DNA from: Deinococcus sp.
Lineage (GTDB): Bacteria; Deinococcota; Deinococci; Deinococcales; Deinococcaceae
Assembly: GCA_965261005.1 (NCBI GenBank)
Contig: OZ253375.1
Location: forward strand, 256,001 to 320,000
DNA: 64,000 bases
Direction of reading: 5' to 3'
Under the pieces are notes generated by a model that was not told the DNA's origin, did not search any database, and saw nothing but the letters and a program-made list of their open reading frames with translations. Below, piece after piece: positions 41,420 to 50,286 of this stretch (position 1 is the stretch's first letter; the number at the start of each line of letters is the position of its first letter). Both the position numbers and the translations under genes were made by a program.

Positions 41420-41827
41420 CTATTGGGGCGGCGGCGCGCCTTGAAAACGCTCGGTAGCCAAATTTTCCAATTCTTGGGCGCGTCGCTGCGTCAAGTCTAT
41501 GTGGCAAGTGCCCGCATTGATCGGCGCAAACGACCCCCCCTTGAATACCAAGGCTTCGTTTTCGCACTGGGCGTCCCGGTACAAAAGCCAGGCACGCTCC
41601 GTCTTCCTCACCTGCGCAGAAAATTCGGAGTCGCCCGCTTGTTTCAGGCGTGACATCAACGTGTCGTATGCCTTTTGTAGACGCGCTTCAGCAACTTTGC
41701 GTTGGACGGTGAGACAGGTATTTTGCTCTCTGGTGGTATCCAGCCCCAGGCACTGCTGTAGCGCTTGGAGCGGAGAATCGTTTGATGGTGAAGCGCCGAC
41801 GAATAAGAGGGCGAGCAGGACAAGCAT
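41420..41827 (-). CDS. LprI/DUF1311 lysozyme-inhibitor-like protein
   Basis: Signal peptide; C..C, ERAWLLYRDAQC and C..LTQRRAQEL pattern. Confidence 0.85.
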   Translation of the reverse strand: MLVLLALLFVGASPSNDSPLQALQQCLGLDTTREQNTCLTVQRKVAEARLQKAYDTLMSRLKQAGDSEFSAQVRKTERAWLLYRDAQCENEALVFKGGSFAPINAGTCHIDLTQRRAQELENLATERFQGAPPPQ

Positions 41828-41871
41828 CCGGCCTCACTTTCTGTAGGGATTGGCGAAGTACGCCGTCCCGG

Positions 41872-42192
41872 TCAGCAGATGTGCTTCATATGTACTGTGA
41901 TAATACTCGGCACGTCGAATGCCTCTGCATCCTGTCCTTTAATTTTGCGTGCATATCTATCCCACTCCGTCTGCTCCAGGAAGCAATGTACCCTCCACCT
42001 GGCGTCGTCTATCATCCACGGATAGTCTTCTTCAGGTATTTCCTCGTAGGATTGAAGTACAGGGAAAGCATATTGCTCGATCAAAGCGTCTGTCACCTCT
42101 TCCTTGCTATTAAGGTGCTTGTAGAGTTCGACTAATACGTGAGCCGTTACGGTTGCTCCGTACGTTTGAATGTGGAAATCCGGCTCACGCAT
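41872..42192 (-). CDS. Orphan immunity protein, variant 3
   Basis: Paralog of 47373-47693; TAATG-coupled to a toxin-tip cassette. Confidence 0.8.
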   Translation of the reverse strand: MREPDFHIQTYGATVTAHVLVELYKHLNSKEEVTDALIEQYAFPVLQSYEEIPEEDYPWMIDDARWRVHCFLEQTEWDRYARKIKGQDAEAFDVPSIITVHMKHIC

Positions 42193-42622
42193 TACTTTCT
42201 CCCCAAGATGTGCTTCTTGAGCGGGATGACCCAGCTCTCGTCAAAGCTCTTGGTTTTCCCGATGAACTGAAGCGCGCCGCCCTTGCCTGCCGTCGGATAA
42301 GCCGCCGTTGTCAGCTCGTAGTTGGCTAATCCTGGTCTGTTACCGCTGGGGCGGGGTACACCCCAAGTTGCCAGCTCGCTCCTCGGAATTCTGAGGATGA
42401 CTTCAGGGAAGCCGTCGGTGTAGCTGTACCAGCGCCCTTCCAGTTGTCCGAAGTACGCCGCGTCCTCAGCTGCCGTCAGGTTCTTGTTGCTCATGAAGCT
42501 GGCGGGAATGTACCCCTTCTCGGTGTACTGTTTGACCGAAAACCAACTGGTCGCTCGGTAGACGTACTCAGTGTCCGCCAGTATGTCGTCCAGCAGCGCT
42601 TAGTATTCCTTGCCCAAGCGCG
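42192..42622 (-). pseudogene. Silent toxin C-terminal cassette, variant 3
   Basis: Near copy of the C-terminal ~140 aa of the DUF4157 toxin; CAA>TAA stop at 42600-42602; no N-terminal domains. Confidence 0.85.
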
Positions 42623-42913
42623 CTAAGCGGCTTCAACGGTGCCGTCGTTGCGGAGTTCGTAGTTCAGCTCGGCCCAGTAGCCGGGTAGACCGGGTAAATC
42701 TGGCTCGACCAGGGCGTAAACCCGCCGGCTCTGTCGGTGTGCGAACCAATGTTCCTCAATGCCGCCGACAGCTGCCGTGGAGGTCAGCGGACGGACCTCC
42801 ACGAACTCGGCGCTGCTCCTCAGCTGATTGAAGAGGGCCTGCCACTCGTCATGAGCGTGCACGCCGTCGAAATCAAGTTCTTGTCTCAACAACCCTTCGG
42901 TGAATGTCGTCAC
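42623..42913 (-). CDS. Putative immunity protein of an unrelated family
   Basis: EEHWF..RVYALVEPDLPGLPGYW pattern; inside the toxin/immunity array; GGAG RBS before the GTG. Confidence 0.55.
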   Translation of the reverse strand: MTTFTEGLLRQELDFDGVHAHDEWQALFNQLRSSAEFVEVRPLTSTAAVGGIEEHWFAHRQSRRVYALVEPDLPGLPGYWAELNYELRNDGTVEAA

Positions 42914-43203
42914 TTCAGCTCTCCCCTTTGCCGAATCCAAGCTTCGGGCACGCGAAAGCCACCTTCCAGCGCGTCGCTTGCGTGACCTTCACGCGGGCCG
43001 TGCCTTGAGGAGACGTTGAAAGCCAAGACCATTCCGGGTCAAGCGCGGCGTCTATATGGGCTTGCAGCGAACTGAGCGCCCTTCCAGTTGACCGAAGTAC
43101 GCCGCGTCCCGTCAGCAGATGTGCTTCATATGAACCGTGATGATACCTGGCACGTCGAATGCTTCTGCGTCCGGTCCTTTGATCTTGCGGGCGTACCGAT
43201 TCC

Positions 43204-44368
43204 CTCAGTACCCGACAGGAAGGTCTAAAGGTTGTGTGACACGAGGAGAGACAGCAGAGCCGGGGCAAACTGTGGTTGATGAGTACCCAGCCCCCCGGCA
43301 CCACTGACGCTACCCTGCGCGCGCTCGTGGCGCAACACCTGCCCGGACGCCGCTCTGACCAGCGCGCTCGTCTCGCCGATATGTTGCTCGCTACCGTCCA
43401 CGCCCAGCACGTCACTCACCGCAAACTCGCTCAGCACTTGCCGGGTGACGCCCGACCCGAAAGCAAAGAACGTCGCGTCGCCCGCTTCTTCGCCGCAGAG
43501 ACCTTCACTCAGCACGAGGCCGCCCAACTGATCCTGCCGCTGTTGGGGAGCGGCAAGTTGACGCTCGCGATGGACCGCACCAACTGGCGCTATGGGCAAT
43601 ATGATCACAACATCTTGGTGATTGGGGCGGTGTTTGCTGGCTACGCTCTCCCCTTGGTGTGGGACGTGCTGGACCACGGCGGCGCCAGTTCGACTGCCGC
43701 GCGCATCGCGCTGCTCGACCGGCTGCTGAGCGTCATTCCCGCACAGCGCATTGCGGTGCTGCTGGCCGACCGTGAGTTCGTGGGCAAAGACTGGTTCGCG
43801 GCCCTGGAACAACGACGGCTCAAGCGCTGCATCCGCATTCGTGAGGACACCCTGCTCGATGACATCGCGGTTCGAGACGCCTTTGCACACCTGACGCCCG
43901 GCGAGGTGCGCGGCCTGCTCGACAAAGAGGTGGTCTACGGCGCTGAGATGCAGGTGGTTGCCACGCTGTCTAGCGAGGGCGAGCGGGTGGTGATCGCCTC
44001 GGACCTCTCGCTGTTCGACACCTGTGAGCGCTACCGGTCGCGCTGGTGCATCGAATGCACCTTCGGCGCTTACAAGCTGCGCGGCCTCAATCGGGAGGCG
44101 ACCCACATGACCGACCCTGCCCGCATCGAAACGCTGGTCAGCTTGCTCACGGTCGCCTTCGTCTGGGCGCTGCTGGTCGGTCTGGTGCGGGAACAAGAGG
44201 CGCCCGTACGGCTCAAAACGCACGGGCGCAAAGCCAAGAGCACCTTCCTGACCGGCCTCGATCTGCTTGTGGACGCCCTCAAGTGGAACCTTGAGCGCGC
44301 AAGGTCTTGTCTGGCCCTCCTCTTCCCGGCCCTTCAGATGCCACCGACCCTACCTGTCGGGTACTGAG
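43204..44368 (+). mobile_element. IS4-family insertion sequence, copy 2
   Basis: Same 16-bp TIRs as copy 1; 9-bp target duplication ACCGATTCC (43195-43203 and 44369-44377). Confidence 0.95.
43276..44367 (+). CDS. IS4-family DDE transposase
   Basis: Near-identical to 13658-14746. Confidence 0.93.
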   Translation: MMSTQPPGTTDATLRALVAQHLPGRRSDQRARLADMLLATVHAQHVTHRKLAQHLPGDARPESKERRVARFFAAETFTQHEAAQLILPLLGSGKLTLAMDRTNWRYGQYDHNILVIGAVFAGYALPLVWDVLDHGGASSTAARIALLDRLLSVIPAQRIAVLLADREFVGKDWFAALEQRRLKRCIRIREDTLLDDIAVRDAFAHLTPGEVRGLLDKEVVYGAEMQVVATLSSEGERVVIASDLSLFDTCERYRSRWCIECTFGAYKLRGLNREATHMTDPARIETLVSLLTVAFVWALLVGLVREQEAPVRLKTHGRKAKSTFLTGLDLLVDALKWNLERARSCLALLFPALQMPPTLPVGY

Positions 44369-45020
44369 ACCGATTCCACTCCGTCTGTTCGAGGAAGCAG
44401 TGAACTTGAGTTTTGATTTGATCAATCATCCAAGGGAAGTCGTCTTCATCTATCGGCTCCAACGACTGCACGTCCCTGAGGGCCTGACAGAAAGTATGAG
44501 AAAGCGTCCCCGCTGTGGGACACTTTCTGTTTGTGAAGACCGAAAATGCCAGCGGGGACGCTGCCCGACTCTATCAAGCTGTTCTCGCTCAGCTCCAGAC
44601 TGCTCTCTGGAACGACATCCGCAATGCGCGTACCCTCGCTTGGATGGTCAGCGGCCTGCTGCTCTCCCAGCGCAGCTCTATCCCCGCTTGGCTCCCTCAC
44701 ATCCACTCTCGTGCCACCTTCGCGCAAAGCAGCGAACGCCGAGTTCGTCGGTGGCTGGAGAATCCAGCCGTTGATCCCACCAGTGTTTACGGTCCGCTGA
44801 TCACCCGTGCCCTCCGCGACTGGGGCAGACATCCCCTGATCCTGGCCCTGGATACCAGCGTCCTGTTCGAGAAGTTTTGCCTGATCCGCGTCTCGGTGCT
44901 CTTTCGGGGACGAGCAGTTCCGCTGGTCTCGCGTGTCCTTGAACATTCCAGCGCCCAGGTCAGCACCGCCCACCTGCTCCCCGTGCTGGCCGAAGTCAAG
45001 GGGATGCTCGACTTCCTTGG

Positions 45021-46209
45021 CTGACATGTTGCAGATTTCATAGGGGTTGTCTGGAACGCGGTTTTGGCCCCAAGCTGGGGTGTGAATCCAAAAGAAGCAC
45101 GTTCCAGACAACTCTATTCTGACATCCTCAAGAGCTTCGCTCGTAAGCAGCACCGCGACTCGTTGCGCGTCTTCCTCGACTTGCTCCTCGAAGCCAAGGG
45201 CCGACCATTCCCCAGTCAAGCCACCGTCAAGTCTCCCGCTGCCATCAGCCGGTTTCTCAACCACTACGGCTGGTCCACCCGCTCCCTCGTTCGCGCCCTG
45301 CGTCACCACGCTCAGCAAACGCTCCTCGACTTCTGGCGCTCAGCTCCCCACCAGCGTCCCCGCCTCGAACTCTTGATCGACCTCACCAGCTTGGAAAAGA
45401 CCGGCCACTTTGAGCAGTTGGATGACTGGATGCACGTCTACAACGGCGTCCACGGCGTTCATCTGGTCGTCCTCTACCTCTGCTGTGGTCCGCTCCGCTT
45501 GCCCTGGGCCGTCCAGGTCTGGCGCGGTAAAGGCACCCCCTCACCCGCCGTGCTGGCCCTTAAACTGCTCCGCAGCGTTCCCAAGGGGTTGCTCAGCAGC
45601 GGTCGAAAGGCGCGCGTGCATGCCGACGGCGGCTTCGAGTGTGCCACCTTCATCCACGGTGTCCTCGACGTTGGGTTCGATCTGATCGTGGGCGTGCGCA
45701 AAAACCGCAAGCTCGCAGATGGCCGCACCGTCGCCGACCTCACCGTGCGTGGCTCGACCGTCACCCCTCAAGGACTGCGTCAGCACATGACCGTCTCTTG
45801 GGTTTGGCTGTACCGCAACACGCAGCCCGAACAGCGTTTCGTGATGTCCAGCTGCAAACTGGGCGGTGTCTACCTGGCCCGTGTAGGCAAACGTCGCTGG
45901 AAGATCGAGGCGTTCTTCAAAACCATCAAAGGCCGTTTCGGTTTGGAACGCTTTGCCCAGCACAGCAAACAGGGCGCCTTCCGCTTTTGGTGCCTCTCGA
46001 CCTTGGCCTTCCTGCTGTGTCACTTGGCCGATCTCGACTTGCCACCACGGCCACCTGGCGAGTGGCCGGATTGGGGTGAACTGGCCAAAGCCCTGCGGCT
46101 CACCCTGCTCGCCGACGTGCGCCGTGCCGCCCTGCTCCTCGAACTCGCCGACCTCGACGCCGCTCAAGACGCCATCCCTACCCACGCTCCTTAAACTGCA
46201 ATATGTCAG
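45021..46209 (+). mobile_element. IS701-like insertion sequence (nested)
   Basis: TIRs CTGACAT(G/A)TTGCAG; 4-bp target duplication TTGG. Confidence 0.88.
45064..46194 (+). CDS. IS701-like DDE transposase
   Basis: [28 protein letters not shown] motifs. Confidence 0.88.
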   Translation: MAPSWGVNPKEARSRQLYSDILKSFARKQHRDSLRVFLDLLLEAKGRPFPSQATVKSPAAISRFLNHYGWSTRSLVRALRHHAQQTLLDFWRSAPHQRPRLELLIDLTSLEKTGHFEQLDDWMHVYNGVHGVHLVVLYLCCGPLRLPWAVQVWRGKGTPSPAVLALKLLRSVPKGLLSSGRKARVHADGGFECATFIHGVLDVGFDLIVGVRKNRKLADGRTVADLTVRGSTVTPQGLRQHMTVSWVWLYRNTQPEQRFVMSSCKLGGVYLARVGKRRWKIEAFFKTIKGRFGLERFAQHSKQGAFRFWCLSTLAFLLCHLADLDLPPRPPGEWPDWGELAKALRLTLLADVRRAALLLELADLDAAQDAIPTHAP

Positions 46210-47095
46210 TTGGCCTACATCAAGTTCGCCTGCTGGCCGATCGAGGGTTCTGCGATACGGAACTGATGGCGTGGCTCCGAGTCTGCGGCTGGCATTACCG
46301 CATCCGCATCAAATCGAGCTTGATTCTGGCTGCTCCAGATGGACAGCGGTTGTGCAAGGTGGGTGAGGTGCGACTTTCGCCCAGAGAGACCCGTTGCTTT
46401 CACAACATCACCTTGACTGGACAGCACTTCGGTTCCGTTCACGTCGCTCTGGGCCGTCCGACAGACGGCCTAGAGCAGTGGCAGGTGGTGAGTGACGAAC
46501 CGACGAGCGTGAAGACGTTTACCGAGTACGGCGCACGCTTCCAGATCGAAGAGGGGTTTCTGGACGAGAAAAGCGGCCTCTTCGATCTGGAAGATGCCAA
46601 ACTTCGCGATGTGGCCAGCCTGGAGCGGCTGGTCTTGGTCATCTCGGTCGCTACGCTTCTGCTCGTCTCGGAGGGACTTCAGACCGTACACAGCGGCGCT
46701 CGCCGAGTGGTTGATCCCCACTGGCAGCGGGGATTGAGCTATCTCAAAATCGGTCTACGGGCCGTTCAGTACGCCCTCAGCCGGGGTCAGGCGGTGTTCA
46801 CCCGCCTGATCCTCCAGGGTGGCCCTGACCCTGAACCGCTGGGGACTCGAAAGCGCCCTCGTCCTACCCCACTGACCACGCTCGAAGTCGGCTGGAAGCT
46901 CGTTTTTCGCTCACCCTCATAAAATCTGTCAGGCCGTCAGCTGCACGTCCTCAGACCTTAATGCTACTAATGCAAGCTTCTCGATTAGCGTGTCCGTCAC
47001 GTCATCTTTACAATCTAAATCTTTGTAGAGTATCGCTAAGACATCTGCGGCGAGAGAATTTGCTCTTCGTTGTACGTCAATGTCAGGTCTCCTCA

Positions 47096-47371
47096 TCACC
47101 TCCTCCCGCTAATGTGCTTCTTGAGTGGAACGATCCAACTCTCGTCGAAGCTCTTGGTTTCCCCAATAAATTGCAAAGCTCCGCCCTTGCCGGCCGTCGG
47201 GTAAGCCGCCGTCGTCAACTCGTAGTTGGCGAGAGTGTCTCGATCACCCGATGGCCGGGGAACACGCCAGCTTTCCAGTTCTTTTCTAGGGATCCTGAGA
47301 ATGACTTCAGGTAAACCATCGGTGTAGCTGTACCAGCGCCCTTCCAGTTGACCGAAGTACGCCGCATCCTC
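47096..47371 (-). pseudogene. Silent toxin C-terminal cassette, variant 2 (not in the ORF track)
   Basis: Start-less frame EDAAYFGQLEGRWYSYTDGLPEVILRIPRKELESWRVPRPSGDRDTLANYE...KKHISGRR*; TGATG-coupled to immunity variant 2. Confidence 0.88.
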
Positions 47372-47372
47372 G

Positions 47373-47693
47373 TTAGCAGATGTGCTTCATGCGAGTTGTA
47401 ATAGAGGCTGCCATGTCGAAGTGTTCGCCTTCAGGACCCTTGATAAGATCAGCGTAACTATCCCACTCCGTCTGTTCAAGGAAGCAGTGCGCCCTCCATT
47501 TGGCGTCGTCTACCATCCAAGGATAGTCTTTTGGATGAATCTCGTCGTAGGACTGAAGAACAGGGATCGCATACTGTTCAATCAAAGCGTCCGTGATTTC
47601 TTCCTTACCGTTCAAGTGCTTGTAGAGTTCAATCAACGTATGAGCCGTTATAGTCGCTCCATACGTTTGAATGTGGAAATCCGGCTCCTTCAT
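47373..47693 (-). CDS. Cognate immunity protein, variant 1
   Basis: Small acidic ORF TAATG-coupled to the toxin stop; two paralogs downstream. Confidence 0.82.
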   Translation of the reverse strand: MKEPDFHIQTYGATITAHTLIELYKHLNGKEEITDALIEQYAIPVLQSYDEIHPKDYPWMVDDAKWRAHCFLEQTEWDSYADLIKGPEGEHFDMAASITTRMKHIC

Positions 47694-50179
47694 TACTTTC
47701 TCCCTGAAATGTGCTTCTTAAGCGGGATGACCCAACTCTCGTCGAAGCTTTTGGTTTTTCCGAGGAATTGCAGCGCCCCACCTTTGCCCGCCGTTGGATA
47801 GGCCGCTGTCGTCAGCTCGTAGTTGGCGAGGTCCACGTTGTTGCCGCTGGGCCTCGGCACTTCCCAAGTTGCCAGTTCGCTCCTCGGGATTCTGAGAATG
47901 ACTTCGGGAAGGCCGTCGGTATAGCTATACCAGCGTCCTTCCAGCTGTCCGAAGTACGCCGCGTCCTCAGCTGCCGTCAGGTTCTTATTGCTCATGAAGC
48001 TGGCAGGAATGTACCCCTTCTCGGTGTACTGTTTGACCGAAAACCAACTGGTCGCTCGGTAGACGTACTCGGTGTCCGCCAACATGTCGTCCAGCAGCGC
48101 TTGGTACTCCTTGCCCAAGCGCGTGTCCTGCGCTTTCTCGGCGGGCGACAGGCTCTTGCGCTGACGCGGGTTCTTACCTTGGTAGAGCGCGTCCTTCAAG
48201 TTATGGAGTTTTTCCTGATCTAGCTTATTTGTCACTTTCTTCTCCAGCAGCTTGACTTGTTCTGGCGTGAGCTTGCTCAGCTCGACGGGGTGCTTGAGCT
48301 TCAGCTCCACCAGCCGGGGCACGAACTTGGGTTGGACGCTCTGCGGGTCCACTTCGCGCAGGGCTGCCCGCACCTGGTCCAGCGGGTACGTCTTCAACAG
48401 CTTTTCAAGAAGCTTAGGATCGCCGACCTTGTTCAGCATCGGCTTGAGTTCCAGCGGATCGGGTACCAGCGTTTGCAGCTTGCCGCCGAAGAGCTTGCTT
48501 GCCCCCTGCTTGAGCGCTCCCTTGGCGCCCAGCTCTGCCCCCTCTTTCGCCAGCTTGCCCGTCCCGAGCGTCCCGAGCGTCAGGCCGATGCCCGCCAAAG
48601 CGTCGAAGCGGTTGCCCTGCTGCCCTTCCAAGGTGTGCCCGCTCTTCAGCACCGACAGATCGTTCACGCTCAGGGTGTCGGCCAGCAAGCGCCCCGCCCC
48701 GCGCGTGACGCTGGCCCGGGTGAACTGCCCGCGCTCGTCGCGGAACAGGTCCGGGAGGTGGGCCAGCCCTTTGACCATGTTGACGCCCTGCACATCGGGT
48801 CGCCAACTGCCGCTCAGCGACTCGGCCAGTTCGGCGTAGCCGCTCCGTTTGAGCTGGTTGACCAGGGCGGCTTGCAAGTCAAAGGAGAGGACGGCGCTCA
48901 CCTGGCTGGCCCAGTCTTGCCACACGCCACGCGGCTTTCCCGGCTCGGCCAAACGTTGCACGATGCGAGCAGAGGTGTTGAGGGAGGCGAACTTGTCCGC
49001 CACCGGCGCCTTGAGAACGCTCGGGATGTTCTTGGCGGAAGCGTTCTGTGCAAACGCCTTGCCCGCCAGCCTGGCTTCCTGCTCCAAGCCAGCGTCAGGG
49101 TCAATGCCCTTGCCCGCGACCTTGCCCTGGGCCTGCTGCACGGTGTGCGTCACCTCGTGGGCCAGCAGCTCTTGCCCTTCGGCGCTCTCGGTGTCCAGCT
49201 TGCCGTGCTGAAAGAAAATGTCCGTTCCGGTAGTGGCGGCGATGGCCTGAACCGACTTCGCAAAGCTGTGGGCGGCAGGGTCGGCGTGGACCCGCACCGT
49301 TTGCAAGTGTTCTCTCGGAATGTTCAGCCCCACTTCCAATTGCCGCTGTACCGCGAGAGGCAGGGGTTGACCGCTGCCCCTCGGGATCGCTTGGGGAGCA
49401 AGGGCGTCTTCCTCTGTCAGCTTCCGTTGCAAGGCGTGCAGTTCCAGCGCCTTCTGATCCTGCGCTTGGAATTGCTGATGCTCTTGTTCAGCCTCGTCCA
49501 GCGCTCTCTGCACCGAAGGCCGCTCACCGGCGGGTAAACGTTGCAGGACGACCTGTGCCACGTGTTTCCCTTGCGGCTGGCGTTGCACCAGGGCCAAGCT
49601 CTGCCCCAGCTCGGCGTAACGCTGGATGGTGGGGGAAGTGTCGCTTCGGAAGCGCTGCGCCAAGTCCTGCGCTGCCCGCTGCTGAATGGTCGGCCAGGCG
49701 GACATGGAGACGAAGCCGCTGTGCTGGTCGGCCTGCCGTTGCAACGACACCGCTTCATGGGCGTAGCGCTGGGCGTGGTCGGCGTAGGAGGGCTGTGATC
49801 TCGTGGGACCGCTGAAGATGGGGGGCAAGGCCGGCACCCCAGCTTGCTCAGCCTGACGTTGCAGCGCCGCTTGTAGGGTATCAGGAGGCAGCCCCTCGCT
49901 CAGCGCTTCGATCTGACGCTGTACGCTCAAACGGGCTTGCTGACGTTGCAGGGCAAAGCTACGTTGGACCTGGGCGGCTTCGAAGACCGGGGCGGCGCTC
50001 GAACGCTGGGCGAGGTCTGGTGTCGCGAAGAACTGCTGGTAGCGCTGCAACGTCTGCTGCTGTTGCTCTTGGTGCAGGGCCGCCTGATCCGGGATCGGCA
50101 GCGGAGGGATGTAGGCGATCTGCGGCGCTGCGGCTGCCCTTTGCTGACCTTGCGGCTTGCGCTCCTCGTAGTCGGATAT
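47693..50179 (-). CDS. DUF4157 (eCIS-core) polymorphic toxin with a C-terminal putative toxin domain
   Basis: GSGQPLP..VRVHAD..AATTGTDIFF..LLAHEVTHTVQQ; many [VIL]QR motifs; C-terminal YVYR..YPTAGKGGALQF; AGGAGG RBS precedes ATA at 50179. Confidence 0.88.
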   Translation of the reverse strand: MSDYEERKPQGQQRAAAAPQIAYIPPLPIPDQAALHQEQQQQTLQRYQQFFATPDLAQRSSAAPVFEAAQVQRSFALQRQQARLSVQRQIEALSEGLPPDTLQAALQRQAEQAGVPALPPIFSGPTRSQPSYADHAQRYAHEAVSLQRQADQHSGFVSMSAWPTIQQRAAQDLAQRFRSDTSPTIQRYAELGQSLALVQRQPQGKHVAQVVLQRLPAGERPSVQRALDEAEQEHQQFQAQDQKALELHALQRKLTEEDALAPQAIPRGSGQPLPLAVQRQLEVGLNIPREHLQTVRVHADPAAHSFAKSVQAIAATTGTDIFFQHGKLDTESAEGQELLAHEVTHTVQQAQGKVAGKGIDPDAGLEQEARLAGKAFAQNASAKNIPSVLKAPVADKFASLNTSARIVQRLAEPGKPRGVWQDWASQVSAVLSFDLQAALVNQLKRSGYAELAESLSGSWRPDVQGVNMVKGLAHLPDLFRDERGQFTRASVTRGAGRLLADTLSVNDLSVLKSGHTLEGQQGNRFDALAGIGLTLGTLGTGKLAKEGAELGAKGALKQGASKLFGGKLQTLVPDPLELKPMLNKVGDPKLLEKLLKTYPLDQVRAALREVDPQSVQPKFVPRLVELKLKHPVELSKLTPEQVKLLEKKVTNKLDQEKLHNLKDALYQGKNPRQRKSLSPAEKAQDTRLGKEYQALLDDMLADTEYVYRATSWFSVKQYTEKGYIPASFMSNKNLTAAEDAAYFGQLEGRWYSYTDGLPEVILRIPRSELATWEVPRPSGNNVDLANYELTTAAYPTAGKGGALQFLGKTKSFDESWVIPLKKHISGRK

Positions 50180-50286
50180 TAGACCCTCCTGTGATGATCC
50201 CAGCGTACAAGGTTTTTGAAGACTGGAGCTATCCCTCCACCCCCTTCCCAGGGCGGGTGCCAACGCGAATGCTCTAGACTGCCCAC

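Larger units (their letters stand above)
44515..46922 (+). pseudogene. IS4-family transposase split by the nested IS
   Basis: Removing the nested IS restores [30 protein letters not shown] is the YREK motif. Confidence 0.9.
44476..46940 (+). mobile_element. Second IS4-family element, interrupted by a nested IS
   Basis: TIRs CTGA(G/C)GGCCTGACAGA; 10-bp target duplication CTGCACGTCC (44466-44475 and 46941-46950). Confidence 0.92.
43112..47096 (-). pseudogene. Immunity protein variant 2, split by two IS insertions
   Basis: Joining 47096-46941, 44465-44369 and 43194-43112 gives an intact 111-aa paralog ending HCFLEQTEW...MKHIC. Confidence 0.88.

Noticed and set aside
42915..43415. 166-aa track ORF
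   Set aside because: A chimera of IS antisense, off-frame immunity sequence and junction DNA.
41854..47700. CRISPR array or diversity-generating retroelement explaining the repeats
   Set aside because: The repeats are protein-coding and irregularly spaced, there are no cas or reverse transcriptase genes, and the differences do not look adenine-specific.
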